64,000 nucleotides of DNA from a virus, in IMG/VR virus record IMGVR_UViG_3300048672_000512, positions 96,001 through 160,000 of that record; one strand, given 5' to 3'. Position 1 is the stretch's first letter. Each line of letters starts with the position of its first letter. The notes beneath the pieces were generated by a model. That model was given only the letters and a program-made list of their open reading frames with translations. It was not told the origin of the DNA and made no database searches. The translations under genes were made by a program, and so were the position numbers. Shown piece after piece: positions 53,210 to 62,151 of this stretch.

Positions 53210-53240
53210 GCCTGAGGGTTTCTTTTCAGGAACCCTTTGC
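53210..53240 (+). repeat. Conserved RNA hairpin, copy 2
   Basis: GCCTGAGGGTTTC-TTTTCA-GGAACCCTTTGC. Confidence 0.8.
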
Positions 53241-53266
53241 TGTATGTTCCAGCGAGTGAGGATGCA

Positions 53267-53620
53267 ATGCTGAAGACTGTTGTTCAAACCAGTCACGTTT
53301 CAACCGTGAATCTTGTCGTCAAGACGACGCTTTCTAGCCGTGAGATTGAAGGTTGCTTTCTTCTGTACTTTGATCGCGCCGAAGAAGCGCGTTTGCTGCG
53401 TCAGAACAGCTCTTCTGATCACTGGCCGGAAATCAACAAGTCAATGGTGAAGTATGTCACCACGTGGGCGCTGTTCAACTTTGGAATTCTGGAAATTCAA
53501 AGCGCAGCAAGCGTAAACACCGTGCACAAGGTTGTGTCTAGCGACACGCTGCTTTCTCGTCAGGAAATCCTGCGTTGGGTTTCCAAGTTTGTCAAAACTG
53601 AAGCAAGGAGATTCAAATGA
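53267..53620 (+). CDS. Hypothetical protein
   Basis: GAGGA RBS before ATG 53267. Confidence 0.7.
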   Translation: MLKTVVQTSHVSTVNLVVKTTLSSREIEGCFLLYFDRAEEARLLRQNSSSDHWPEINKSMVKYVTTWALFNFGILEIQSAASVNTVHKVVSSDTLLSRQEILRWVSKFVKTEARRFK

Positions 53621-53904
53621 GTAACAAGTACGCAAACCGCGACTTCACTCCGATGTGGCTGTACCATCTTCCTTTCCATACGTACCTGTCCTTCTGCGCT
53701 GCTGACTACATCACGGACGACTTCGGACGCTCTGTCGAAAGCAACTCGGCTGTCTACGGGATTGAAGACGACGATGCAGTCAACAGTTTTGTTGAAGAGG
53801 CTTACGGCCACATTCTCTATCCTGAGTATCGTGTTGTTGACAAGCCTGAGGTTATGAGCTGCACTGAGCATACGCAGTACCCTGAATACCGCGTGATTCG
53901 TTAA
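53617..53904 (+). CDS. Hypothetical acidic protein
   Basis: AAGGAG RBS, 95 aa. Confidence 0.75.
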   Translation: MSNKYANRDFTPMWLYHLPFHTYLSFCAADYITDDFGRSVESNSAVYGIEDDDAVNSFVEEAYGHILYPEYRVVDKPEVMSCTEHTQYPEYRVIR

Positions 53905-53964
53905 TCGTGTTTCTGCGTGGTTGCTAAACCAGCAACCACGCACCTTTCCATCAAGGAGAAAATC

Positions 53965-54300
53965 ATGTCGTATTTCATCATCACAGTCACACGCAAGGAA
54001 AACGGTTTTGATGTGACGCAGTATCTTGAAAAAGGAGAGTGGACTGAGTTTGACTGGTCTAGCTCTATCAAGAACGCATTAGAGTTCTCAACTCAAAGCG
54101 AAGCGCGGGAAACTTTGAACTTGGTATTAGGTCAAAGTCGTGAGTTCGACGGAAGATACCCGTCAAGTCTTATACACAGCGGCTTGGGGCTTAACCGCGC
54201 AAAGCCTACTGGCAAAGCTACATTCAAAATCCTTCTGTGCACAGATCCTGTCGAAGTACACGCACAAGAGCATGCTGATGTAATCCACTTTGATGTATAA
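53965..54300 (+). CDS. Hypothetical protein
   Basis: AAGGAG RBS before ATG 53965. Confidence 0.75.
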   Translation: MSYFIITVTRKENGFDVTQYLEKGEWTEFDWSSSIKNALEFSTQSEARETLNLVLGQSREFDGRYPSSLIHSGLGLNRAKPTGKATFKILLCTDPVEVHAQEHADVIHFDV

Positions 54301-54311
54301 AGGAATGCATC

Positions 54312-54548
54312 ATGAAGATGATAACTGAACACTTTGAGTACCTGAAGCAGGCTGTTGAAGGCCTTGACACTGAAAATACTCGTGCCAGGTACATCGCCTC
54401 AGGGCTGACAACAAAGCGTTATCAATGGGACATTGTCCGAGAGGCTAACTTGACTCCGTGGGTCTGCAAAGTTTTGTATGTGTACCTTGACGACACGCAC
54501 ATACAAACAGCACTAGACCGCGTCATTCCACCGCTTCAAGCCTCCTGA
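54312..54548 (+). CDS. Hypothetical protein
   Basis: AAGGA RBS, 78 aa. Confidence 0.75.
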   Translation: MKMITEHFEYLKQAVEGLDTENTRARYIASGLTTKRYQWDIVREANLTPWVCKVLYVYLDDTHIQTALDRVIPPLQAS

Positions 54549-54565
54549 GCCAAAAGGTACGAATC

Positions 54566-54865
54566 ATGAAAACAGAAAACTCCCTTCAGTATGCTTTTCG
54601 CAAGGTTGGGCTTGCAAGTTCAGAGAAGGCGACTGAAACGCAGCAACCTAAAAAGAAGGTAGCTAGGCAGTACAGGTACAGAAACCTGCCATGTTCTATT
54701 CGACCCGACAACCAGCTGTGGTGCGTTAGCGGCTACGATACCAAGTCTGGAGCTAGCGGGATTCTGGAATGGTGCTACGACGAAATCGACGCAAACTTTG
54801 TAATGAACACCATGTTGACGTGCGGTCACTTTGCAGACCTCAAAGCAGAAAAGTATGCATCATGA
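54566..54865 (+). CDS. Hypothetical protein
   Basis: AAAGG RBS, 99 aa. Confidence 0.7.
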   Translation: MKTENSLQYAFRKVGLASSEKATETQQPKKKVARQYRYRNLPCSIRPDNQLWCVSGYDTKSGASGILEWCYDEIDANFVMNTMLTCGHFADLKAEKYAS

Positions 54866-54874
54866 AAGACTAGG

Positions 54875-55060
54875 ATGCACTGGATACGAAAACGCGGAAG
54901 CCGGAGTCGGCTTCTACGCAGAACCAACAAAACGAGCATTCTAGTGCGAGGTAGCTTTGCAGCACCAATAAAGCGCGCAGGCGAACACAAAGGTGGAATG
55001 CGTTTGCTGACGCATTACCGAATACAACCCTGGGAAACATGGAAGTCTGACAAGGAATAA
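54875..55060 (+). CDS. Small basic hypothetical protein
   Basis: Fills the gap between neighbours; weak support. Confidence 0.4.
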   Translation: MHWIRKRGSRSRLLRRTNKTSILVRGSFAAPIKRAGEHKGGMRLLTHYRIQPWETWKSDKE

Positions 55061-55063
55061 ATC

Positions 55064-55648
55064 ATGAACTACGCAACGATTGAAATGCCGAGACACAAGG
55101 ACCATCCTCCTGTCTTCGAGCAAGAAGTAGAACCGTCCTATAACCAAGTAGCTTCTCAGATTGGCAATCCGATTCAGGTAGCGCTGTGGTCGGCAAACCG
55201 ATTCGAGTTCACAAGCAGCGTTCAGCGCAGCTTCTACTTTTCGTTGCGTAGTTGTCTGCCTCTGTTCTATCTGCTTGGCTTTCTTCTGAGCCTGTACATT
55301 CTAGCCTCGACCACCAAGGAATCGCTGGCGCTTCTGTTTGCTGCAATACGCGGTTTCTGGTTAGCCTGCTGGATGAACTTTGACCCCAGCTGGCAGGAGT
55401 GGTTTGTTTCTGCCTGCGGTGCTGTCGCTAGGTTCTTCTTTGGTGTCATCGGCTCGATTGCAATTGTGCTGTTCATGGTTGCAATGATGGGTCTACTTTG
55501 TTGGGGTGTGAGCGTAATGACGGGTCAGGCAATCTTTGTGCTGCTCACAACGGCAACAAGCCTTGCATGCACACTTGCAGACAATCTGCTAGCTCTGCTG
55601 CGCTGGATGCTACGCAAGAGTTACAAACTGTTACACTTTAGTTCTTGA
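55064..55648 (+). CDS. Membrane protein
   Basis: AAGGA RBS; several hydrophobic helices in the C-terminal half. Confidence 0.7.
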   Translation: MNYATIEMPRHKDHPPVFEQEVEPSYNQVASQIGNPIQVALWSANRFEFTSSVQRSFYFSLRSCLPLFYLLGFLLSLYILASTTKESLALLFAAIRGFWLACWMNFDPSWQEWFVSACGAVARFFFGVIGSIAIVLFMVAMMGLLCWGVSVMTGQAIFVLLTTATSLACTLADNLLALLRWMLRKSYKLLHFSS

Positions 55649-55675
55649 CAACCGGTTTGTAACAGAGGTAAACTG
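55620..55675 (+). promoter_or_regulatory. Repeated sigma70-like promoter
   Basis: GTTACAAACTGTTACA...TTGACA(55646)-N18 with TGTAACA-TAAACT(55670); overlaps the 3' end of the upstream gene. Confidence 0.8.
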
Positions 55676-55719
55676 AAGGTGCGGGTAGCGAAAACCTACC
55701 GTAACCAAAGGAGTTGATC

Positions 55720-55854
55720 ATGAGGGTCTGGACTTCCAAAGAAAGAAAAGCGAAGTTCTCAAACTGCAGAATGTCAACGCATATAATGCAAGATCTTGCA
55801 TGGGCTATCGTTCTTGTTTTACTCGCAGCTGGAACGGCTGTCTTCTGGAGATAA
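55720..55854 (+). CDS. 44-aa single-pass membrane peptide (not in track)
   Basis: AAGGAG then MRVWTSKERKAKFSNCRMSTHIMQDLAWAIVLVLLAAGTAVFWR. Confidence 0.6.
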   Translation: MRVWTSKERKAKFSNCRMSTHIMQDLAWAIVLVLLAAGTAVFWR

Positions 55855-55856
55855 GA

Positions 55857-56075
55857 ATGCAAAAGAAGTTTGCCCGCAACGCTTCTGTCATTGTGCTGCT
55901 GACGATTTTTATTGTCACGGGGCAGACAGCAGAGAACAGCAACAGTGAAGAGGCGCGAGTTACAGAACGCGAAGCACAAATCGGATACCTGATGGAAGTG
56001 GCCCGCGAAACCACAGACCCGTCCACGCGCATGCAAATTCAGGCAATGGTGCGCGATCTTGAAGCCCAACGTTAA
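55857..56075 (+). CDS. Small exported or membrane-anchored protein
   Basis: GGAG RBS; MQKKFARNASVIVLLTIFIVTG. Confidence 0.65.
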   Translation: MQKKFARNASVIVLLTIFIVTGQTAENSNSEEARVTEREAQIGYLMEVARETTDPSTRMQIQAMVRDLEAQR

Positions 56076-56085
56076 GGAGAATGAA

Positions 56086-56250
56086 ATGAGCAAAAACACG
56101 GTTTTGGTAGATTGCACAAAGCGCATCCTTGAACTAGAAGTCAAGGTTGACAAGCTATATAACTACTACTGCGCAGTAGACGCAAAGGAGTCAGACGTTT
56201 GTGATGAAGAGTATGAAGATGCCGAAGGAGAATGTAATGAGCAACCATGA
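56086..56250 (+). CDS. Small hypothetical protein
   Basis: AAGGAG RBS. Confidence 0.65.
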   Translation: MSKNTVLVDCTKRILELEVKVDKLYNYYCAVDAKESDVCDEEYEDAEGECNEQP

Positions 56251-56704
56251 AACGTCAGTTAAGACCAGCATCAAGCTGGAAGTTGGAAAGACGTATAAAG
56301 ACGTCAACGGCAATGTCTTTGAAGTCAAGGAAAAGCGCGGTACAGATATGTCATTCTTCTGTACCGGACATGTTCGCGATGTTTGGTTCAATGAAGATGG
56401 AACCTCGTTTGATGGAATTCCTCCACTGATTGAAGAAGTAGGAGTCTTCGACCCACGCAAACCTGCAGCAACGTTCGATGGCAGGCTTGCAAAGATCGTT
56501 GCGCATCGACCGGAGCTAGCACCGAATGAAACGATAGTTGCGGTGGTGGACGGGAAGTTTCTGTTTTTCTTTGAAAACGGAAGGTATAACAAGGACAGCG
56601 TGTGCAGCACTGATCTTGTCAACATTGATGAAGTTCCTGTGAGCATACGCGGGGTTACCTACCTTGTGACACTGGAACCGAAATTGAGTATTCGCAAGAT
56701 GTAG
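56237..56704 (+). CDS. Hypothetical protein
   Basis: AAGGAG RBS; LEVGKTYKDVNG motif common in phage small proteins. Confidence 0.75.
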   Translation: MSNHETSVKTSIKLEVGKTYKDVNGNVFEVKEKRGTDMSFFCTGHVRDVWFNEDGTSFDGIPPLIEEVGVFDPRKPAATFDGRLAKIVAHRPELAPNETIVAVVDGKFLFFFENGRYNKDSVCSTDLVNIDEVPVSIRGVTYLVTLEPKLSIRKM

Positions 56705-56815
56705 TTTTGCAAAAGGTTCATTGATTTTGGGCGTAGCTGAAAACTGCGCCCAAAGGCGATGCAACCCGCATCGAGCGGACACGCATGTTCCGCGCTAACC
56801 AATGAAAGTCATGCC

Positions 56816-57247
56816 ATGAAGACTCAAGTCAACACCGTCAATCTGCCTACTTCCAAGACGCTTCCGCGTTCCTCGTGGGTTGCTTACCAGCTGATTGCTG
56901 CTGAGCTGACCTCGGTTGTCAAGCAGTGTCAAGCTTCTGAAGATCAGTTCAAGACTCGCCATGGTTGCACTAAGGCCGGCGCAATTGCAGACTGCACCCT
57001 TGTGCTTACCCTGATCCTGAATGATGCCGTGGAAGTCGAACCTTCAACACACTTCGGTGGGTACGACCACAAACCCGCCTTTGAACTCCTGGAAGCTTGG
57101 ATTGAAGTCCGTAAGCCTGAAGTTGCTGCAGAGCAAAAGCGCATCAAGGAAGCAAAGCGCGAAGCGGCTATCCGCAGGCAGCACCATGAAATGTATGGCC
57201 TGGGGGCGCGTCTTCACATGCCGAACGGCAGTCCTGCCAAGCTGTGA
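56816..57247 (+). CDS. Hypothetical protein
   Basis: 143 aa after a structured leader. Confidence 0.7.
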   Translation: MKTQVNTVNLPTSKTLPRSSWVAYQLIAAELTSVVKQCQASEDQFKTRHGCTKAGAIADCTLVLTLILNDAVEVEPSTHFGGYDHKPAFELLEAWIEVRKPEVAAEQKRIKEAKREAAIRRQHHEMYGLGARLHMPNGSPAKL

Positions 57248-57600
57248 TCCAAAAACAAATTGGAAGCGTTAGCTTGTACGTGCTCAGGGATCGAACTTGG
57301 CAACTGTACAAACGCTTCCAGATTGAAGTAAGAAAGAACCACGGGTTTGTTGTGGAAGATCTGATTCCACTTGATGCTCGTGGTTCTCGTCCTCTGTGCG
57401 ACCTGTTGATTTCCATGTTCGTCAAGTCTGAAAAGCCGATGACGCTGCAAGAAAAGATTGCGTCTGGAGCTTCAAAGCTGAAGGTAGAGCTGGAGATTGA
57501 CGGGCGCCCCGTACCGTCAAACATCACGCCAAAGAATTTGCAGAACATTCTGCTTGGTGTGTATCGAAGCTTTAACGAAACTGGAGTAACCGAATCCTGA
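57244..57600 (+). CDS. Hypothetical protein
   Basis: GTGA-coupled, 118 aa. Confidence 0.6.
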   Translation: MIQKQIGSVSLYVLRDRTWQLYKRFQIEVRKNHGFVVEDLIPLDARGSRPLCDLLISMFVKSEKPMTLQEKIASGASKLKVELEIDGRPVPSNITPKNLQNILLGVYRSFNETGVTES

Positions 57601-57614
57601 CAACGTACACAATC

Positions 57615-58031
57615 GTGTGGCAGGCTCAAGGTGAATACGTCTATCAAGAATGCGACAGTGGCTCCTGCACTGTTGGTTACATTCGCGGTGACCTGGAAAT
57701 CGAGTATTTCAAGGACGCGGACTATAACGGCAACGCCCGAGAGGAAGCGCTCTTGCGCTTTGCTAATCTCGGTTATGAAGGAGACGCAAAAGCGACGCTG
57801 ACCCTTCTCATTGACGGTCGGGATCACTGGGACACAAACCAAGCTGATGCTATTGAGGCAGACCTCTTACCTATACGAGTTGCTGCAAAGAAGGCAAAAG
57901 AACAGCGTCTAGCAGAAGAGCGTGAAGCTGCTGCTAACGCTGCTCTTGCAAAGGCTAAGCGTATTGCTGACCGGATGCGCAGAGAAAAGGAACAGCAGTT
58001 TGAGGTGCTGCGCCAAGAGCTTGGAAAGTAA
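57615..58031 (+). CDS. Hypothetical protein with coiled-coil C-terminus
   Basis: 138 aa. Confidence 0.7.
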   Translation: MWQAQGEYVYQECDSGSCTVGYIRGDLEIEYFKDADYNGNAREEALLRFANLGYEGDAKATLTLLIDGRDHWDTNQADAIEADLLPIRVAAKKAKEQRLAEEREAAANAALAKAKRIADRMRREKEQQFEVLRQELGK

Positions 58032-58056
58032 CTCTTTACATACTTGGAGAACGAAA

Positions 58057-58323
58057 GTGACATCACTGCAGGATAACAGCATCGAAACTGACAAACGCTG
58101 GCTAGTGGAGATTCACCTCAAGGACTGGGTTCCGGACTTAAAATCTGGTGGCAGGACGTTGACCTATGTTGAAGTCCTAGCTAGTAGCAACGTGACTGCT
58201 AGGTTTGCTGGATACGACGAATTTGTTAAGTTGACAAAATACGTTCCGGCTTTCAAGAAAATGCTTGAAAGCAACGGGTTGACGCTGCAAGAAATTTGCG
58301 CACCTGACGCAGTTGACCTTTAA
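58057..58323 (+). CDS. Hypothetical protein
   Basis: GGAG RBS before GTG 58057. Confidence 0.65.
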   Translation: MTSLQDNSIETDKRWLVEIHLKDWVPDLKSGGRTLTYVEVLASSNVTARFAGYDEFVKLTKYVPAFKKMLESNGLTLQEICAPDAVDL

Positions 58324-58340
58324 CGCCTAGAGAAATCCAA

Positions 58341-58622
58341 ATGGAAACTAGCAAGGTTGGTCGCCTCTGCGATGGTGATGTTGGTCTTCAATACTTTGAT
58401 TGCGGCGTAGGCTACTACGATCGTAGTATGTATGTTTACGTCACTGATGACTTTGGCAATTCAACTCTTCTTAGCTTTGAAGCAGAAGAAAGTCTTGTGC
58501 ACTACGTAGGAGTGTTCCGAAACGCTACTAGATTAGTAATACCGTACGTTGACGGTTGGGGTTCTAGGTACGAAAACTTTCAGCATGCAATTGAAAGTCC
58601 AACCTCTTACCTCTGGCATTGA
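58341..58622 (+). CDS. Hypothetical protein
   Basis: 93 aa. Confidence 0.65.
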   Translation: METSKVGRLCDGDVGLQYFDCGVGYYDRSMYVYVTDDFGNSTLLSFEAEESLVHYVGVFRNATRLVIPYVDGWGSRYENFQHAIESPTSYLWH

Positions 58623-58635
58623 CTTGGGGATAACC

Positions 58636-58857
58636 ATGTTTTCTGACGATGTTGATCTTGACACTCGCGACGTCTACCAACCAGACGAGTTTATTGAAGG
58701 TACAAACGACTACGGCTACCCTCAGGTGTTCCAATATACAGGGCAGGGTTACATGCCAGTGTGTGCGCAGTGCAATGCCGCCGTAACGCCGAATCGAGGT
58801 GGTGGAATGCTATGTGATACGTGTGAATTTGATGATGAATACAATGATGACTACTGA
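58636..58857 (+). CDS. Small acidic Zn-ribbon protein
   Basis: GGGGA RBS; CAQC...CDTC. Confidence 0.65.
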   Translation: MFSDDVDLDTRDVYQPDEFIEGTNDYGYPQVFQYTGQGYMPVCAQCNAAVTPNRGGGMLCDTCEFDDEYNDDY

Positions 58858-58870
58858 CAGGAGCATGTAA

Positions 58871-59062
58871 ATGGCAAACCACATCCTTGTTAGCATTGAG
58901 AGCTTTCCGCAAGACTGCAAGGCAAGCGCAGAGTTGATTGCTGACGTGGTCAGCAAGATGCTTGAATTGCTAGGAGCAGAGTTTACGGTTGAGTTGCTGA
59001 CCGACTCTGACATGCTAGGTTTGCTTGAACCTGGTTCTGATTGCAATACACTTGACCTGTAA
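58871..59062 (+). CDS. Hypothetical protein
   Basis: AGGAG RBS. Confidence 0.7.
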   Translation: MANHILVSIESFPQDCKASAELIADVVSKMLELLGAEFTVELLTDSDMLGLLEPGSDCNTLDL

Positions 59063-59072
59063 GGAGTTCTCC

Positions 59073-59210
59073 ATGATCAACGATACCTTTGTTTTTTTCG
59101 GCCTTCTGGCAACAACCCTTTTCTCAGGGTTTGCTATGGGCTATATCTATAAGTCAATAGAAGACATAAAGAACGCGGCGCGTAGTAACCAACGCCAATC
59201 AGGAGAATGA
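59073..59210 (+). CDS. Small membrane peptide
   Basis: AAGGAG RBS; one transmembrane helix. Confidence 0.65.
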   Translation: MINDTFVFFGLLATTLFSGFAMGYIYKSIEDIKNAARSNQRQSGE

Positions 59211-59211
59211 A

Positions 59212-59580
59212 ATGAGCATCGAAACTGCAGTCAAGGCAATTGACGAGTATTACCAGTCAGCAAACGAAGTGCCGGTTACCGTTGCCCGTATTCCGGTGGA
59301 ACTTTGGAGTGCACTGAAGAGTGAGATTGAGAAGCAGCATACGGCAAGCCGCGCTTCTCTTCTTGACTACTACATGAAGCGCTCCGGTCAGCGTGCACAC
59401 ATGACGCTTGCCAACTGGTTCTGCGCAGCTACAGGTCACAAGGATGCCGTTCTGCAGAACATTGTCAATGCACGAACCGCTATCGATTACATTCTGAGCA
59501 ACCACCTGACGTTTGATAGCTTGCAATTGCAGAGCTACAACGTCTCCGAGTCTCGTAACCCCAACTTCAGCCGCAGCTAA
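59212..59580 (+). CDS. Hypothetical protein
   Basis: AGGAG RBS, 122 aa. Confidence 0.75.
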   Translation: MSIETAVKAIDEYYQSANEVPVTVARIPVELWSALKSEIEKQHTASRASLLDYYMKRSGQRAHMTLANWFCAATGHKDAVLQNIVNARTAIDYILSNHLTFDSLQLQSYNVSESRNPNFSRS

Positions 59581-59595
59581 TTTCAGGAGAAAATC

Positions 59596-60021
59596 ATGCA
59601 CATCTATCTAGTTCAACGCGGTGCCGTCAAGTCTAAAGTAGCTAAAAACAAGATCAGCGATTCCATAGACCTTGACTACATGGGAAGTGCGGAGTTTGAG
59701 TTTGGCGCTTTGCCGAAGTCACTTCGCGCAATTGAAGCTATCGGCGTTGATAAACACGTCAAGACCAGCTTTGTGCACAAGAACGAAGTTTTCTATGCAG
59801 TTGGCTGGTGCTCACCTGAAGAACTCACTACCTACACTGAAAAGTTCACGCAGGCTCTGGACGGAAAAATCCGCCTGAAGGAAGGCATTCGTAGGAAAAA
59901 TACTGACTTCTGGTGGGACATACAGAATCACGTCTTTGTGACTACGGACGCAATGACAGCAAAGCGCACTCCGTTGTGGATTGCGAACAGCCTCAAGTTC
60001 ATGAACAGTATCGAGGATTAA
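59596..60021 (+). CDS. Hypothetical phage protein
   Basis: AGGAG RBS; LDYMGSAEFEFGALPKSL...FWWDI motif. Confidence 0.8.
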   Translation: MHIYLVQRGAVKSKVAKNKISDSIDLDYMGSAEFEFGALPKSLRAIEAIGVDKHVKTSFVHKNEVFYAVGWCSPEELTTYTEKFTQALDGKIRLKEGIRRKNTDFWWDIQNHVFVTTDAMTAKRTPLWIANSLKFMNSIED

Positions 60022-60023
60022 TC

Positions 60024-60464
60024 ATGATCGTCGTTCCCGACTTCAATGCACCTCGCGCTGTCAGCTTCCTAACTGGCTTCAATCCTAGCAAGCAGTCTTG
60101 GAAGGTCAACAGTTCTCGCTTCTGCGAGTATGCAGAAGCAACCGCAAGAAGTGAAATGCCTTGTTTCAAACTGTTTGAATACATTCACTTTGATGGAGAA
60201 GACCCAGACCCAGACCTGGACACGGATCCGTTCCTTGAAGTGCCAGCGCGACTGGTACAAAGTATTGTCAACGACTACATTGAGTTGGTGAACTCACCAA
60301 CTCGGTACTTTGCCGTGTTTGTTTTCCCCTCCTTAACAGGTGGAGGCCTACCTGCAGAGGTAGGCGAGGTATTTCACGCTACGGTGCTTGAACTGGCAGA
60401 GTCTGAAGTTGACGACTTTGAAAATCAGGTTCTTGCTCTGAACAGCAACAAGTTCGAGAACTGA
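60024..60464 (+). CDS. Hypothetical protein
   Basis: GAGGA RBS before ATG 60024. Confidence 0.7.
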   Translation: MIVVPDFNAPRAVSFLTGFNPSKQSWKVNSSRFCEYAEATARSEMPCFKLFEYIHFDGEDPDPDLDTDPFLEVPARLVQSIVNDYIELVNSPTRYFAVFVFPSLTGGGLPAEVGEVFHATVLELAESEVDDFENQVLALNSNKFEN

Positions 60465-60752
60465 GTGTCCACAGAGTTCAAGTTGCTAGAGTCGCAAAGC
60501 GACGAAGTGGTTCTTGTTGAAAGTTCCTGCTTGTTTTCGCTATTGGTTACTAGCAACAGTAAACCAGAAGAGGTGGATGCAGATCGGACCATGCTTGATA
60601 CTGAGCGATTTACACCAGAGCAAATTGCAATGGCTGGGATACGCATGATACAGGCAGCAGCGTACAACATGGAAGACGCTGAAGGTTTCTATCGAACCAC
60701 TCTCAAACCAAAGCTGGCAGCAGCCCTCGGCGTGCGGGTGGAAATCCTTTGA
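60465..60752 (+). CDS. Hypothetical protein
   Basis: 95 aa, abuts the upstream stop. Confidence 0.6.
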   Translation: MSTEFKLLESQSDEVVLVESSCLFSLLVTSNSKPEEVDADRTMLDTERFTPEQIAMAGIRMIQAAAYNMEDAEGFYRTTLKPKLAAALGVRVEIL

Positions 60753-60857
60753 CACCGGCATCATTGGTGTGCGAGACATTGCTTTGCATGTGCACTCTGC
60801 AAACCCAGTGGGTGCTAAAAACATGCAGCAACTTTGGGCTAACTTTCTAAGGTACAC

Positions 60858-61253
60858 ATGAAGTCACTGTTTCCGATATATCTGAATGCACAGGAGGTGA
60901 CAACGGAGGTGCTGCGGGACTTCCGTGTTCACAACCCTAGGCTTGCGACAATGGTCTGGGGGCGCGTTAGACCACCAAACCTTACTTGGTATGCTCTGAA
61001 TTGCACTGTCTCAAACGTTCGGTGCATTACCATTCGGGTGTATGACATGGATCACGGAATGCGTTATGGCGCCGTAGGAAAGAAAATACACACTGTTACT
61101 GTGACAGAGTTCACCGAGGATGAAGAAAAGCTTCTCGATGAAGCCATTGAAAGTCATGCGTCTGAACTAGCAGCAGAAGAAGTTGCGCGTCTGGAAAGAG
61201 CAGACTACCATGCAAAGATTCTTGCCAAGCGCAAGGAAATGTTCAACCTTTGA
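60858..61253 (+). CDS. Hypothetical protein
   Basis: AAGG RBS, 131 aa. Confidence 0.7.
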   Translation: MKSLFPIYLNAQEVTTEVLRDFRVHNPRLATMVWGRVRPPNLTWYALNCTVSNVRCITIRVYDMDHGMRYGAVGKKIHTVTVTEFTEDEEKLLDEAIESHASELAAEEVARLERADYHAKILAKRKEMFNL

Positions 61254-61267
61254 ACTTGGAGATCAAA

Positions 61268-61696
61268 ATGCTGTTTGATTTTGCAAAGTACGTTTACCGT
61301 GAAGCACGTCCGCACCCGAGTGAATACAACACGGTTTACTACTATCGCCAAGGTGTGGTTGTAGCTAAGAGTGTGGGTAGCGGTGATATTGAGTACTTTA
61401 CCCATGCGCACCCAACCACCACCGGCTGCGTAACCGACCGGTCTTTAGATCAGTTAGCTTTGCAGCTGGCACGAAAAGAGTGGGAGGCGAAACGCAATGA
61501 ACTGAAACAGCTCTTTATTCAAGACCTTCTTGAAGATCTGAACATTGCAGATCACCTTAAGAAGAAACGCTTTCTGGATACAGTAGAAGCTCTTGTAAGC
61601 GAGGAACTTGAAGACGGCTCAGAGGCCTACTACAGGGACTTCTACCGGATTGCAGAAAAGATGGTTGATTTTGGCTGGATGGGTCTGAATACATGA
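61268..61696 (+). CDS. Hypothetical protein
   Basis: GGAG RBS before ATG 61268. Confidence 0.7.
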   Translation: MLFDFAKYVYREARPHPSEYNTVYYYRQGVVVAKSVGSGDIEYFTHAHPTTTGCVTDRSLDQLALQLARKEWEAKRNELKQLFIQDLLEDLNIADHLKKKRFLDTVEALVSEELEDGSEAYYRDFYRIAEKMVDFGWMGLNT

Positions 61697-61715
61697 CGGA
61701 AACAGACCACTAAAC

Positions 61716-61758
61716 AAACCCCTGAAAACACGCAGTTTTCAGGGGTTTTTCGCTTCTG
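61716..61758 (+). terminator. Terminator with TCGCTTCTG tail
   Basis: AAACCCCTGAAAAC...GTTTTCAGGGGTTTTT-CGCTTCTG. Confidence 0.8.
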
Positions 61759-61830
61759 CACCCAGATACACGTCTCGGGCTACAAACCCCTGTTTCCTGC
61801 TGTTTTTTCATTACAGAATCGACCGGAAAC
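61759..61830 (+). repeat. 72-bp dispersed element, copy B
   Basis: CACCCAGATACACGTCTCGG...CTGTTTCCTGCTGTTTTTTCATTAC...CGGAAAC; inverted copy at 35957..36028. Confidence 0.9.
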
Positions 61831-62151
61831 ATGGTGCAGTCGAAGACTGAGAAAGGTTCGGTTTCCGCCGGTTTCTGACGTGACTAGCACGCAGCTGACG
61901 TAGGGGAGTGCGTAGACAGGAGCAAAACCCCTAATAACCATATAGCAACTGTAACCAGTACACCACCCAACACAGCAGGCATGATGCAGACAGAAGATAC
62001 GCGCTTAAGAGCCCCAGCAACCAGGTGGGTAAAAATTGTAGTCCCATACAATTTTTACCCACCTGTAGTACCCACCCCCCATACGAGTGCAGACTGTGAA
62101 GTAGCAGCACAGGAGCACTGCTCCATTAGGCTAAACACACAGAAAGGTGCT

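Noticed and set aside
56701-56800. Fifth copy of the TGTAACA promoter
   Set aside because: Has hairpins (TTTGGGCGTAG/CTGCGCCCAAA) but no boxes or correctly spaced -35/-10.
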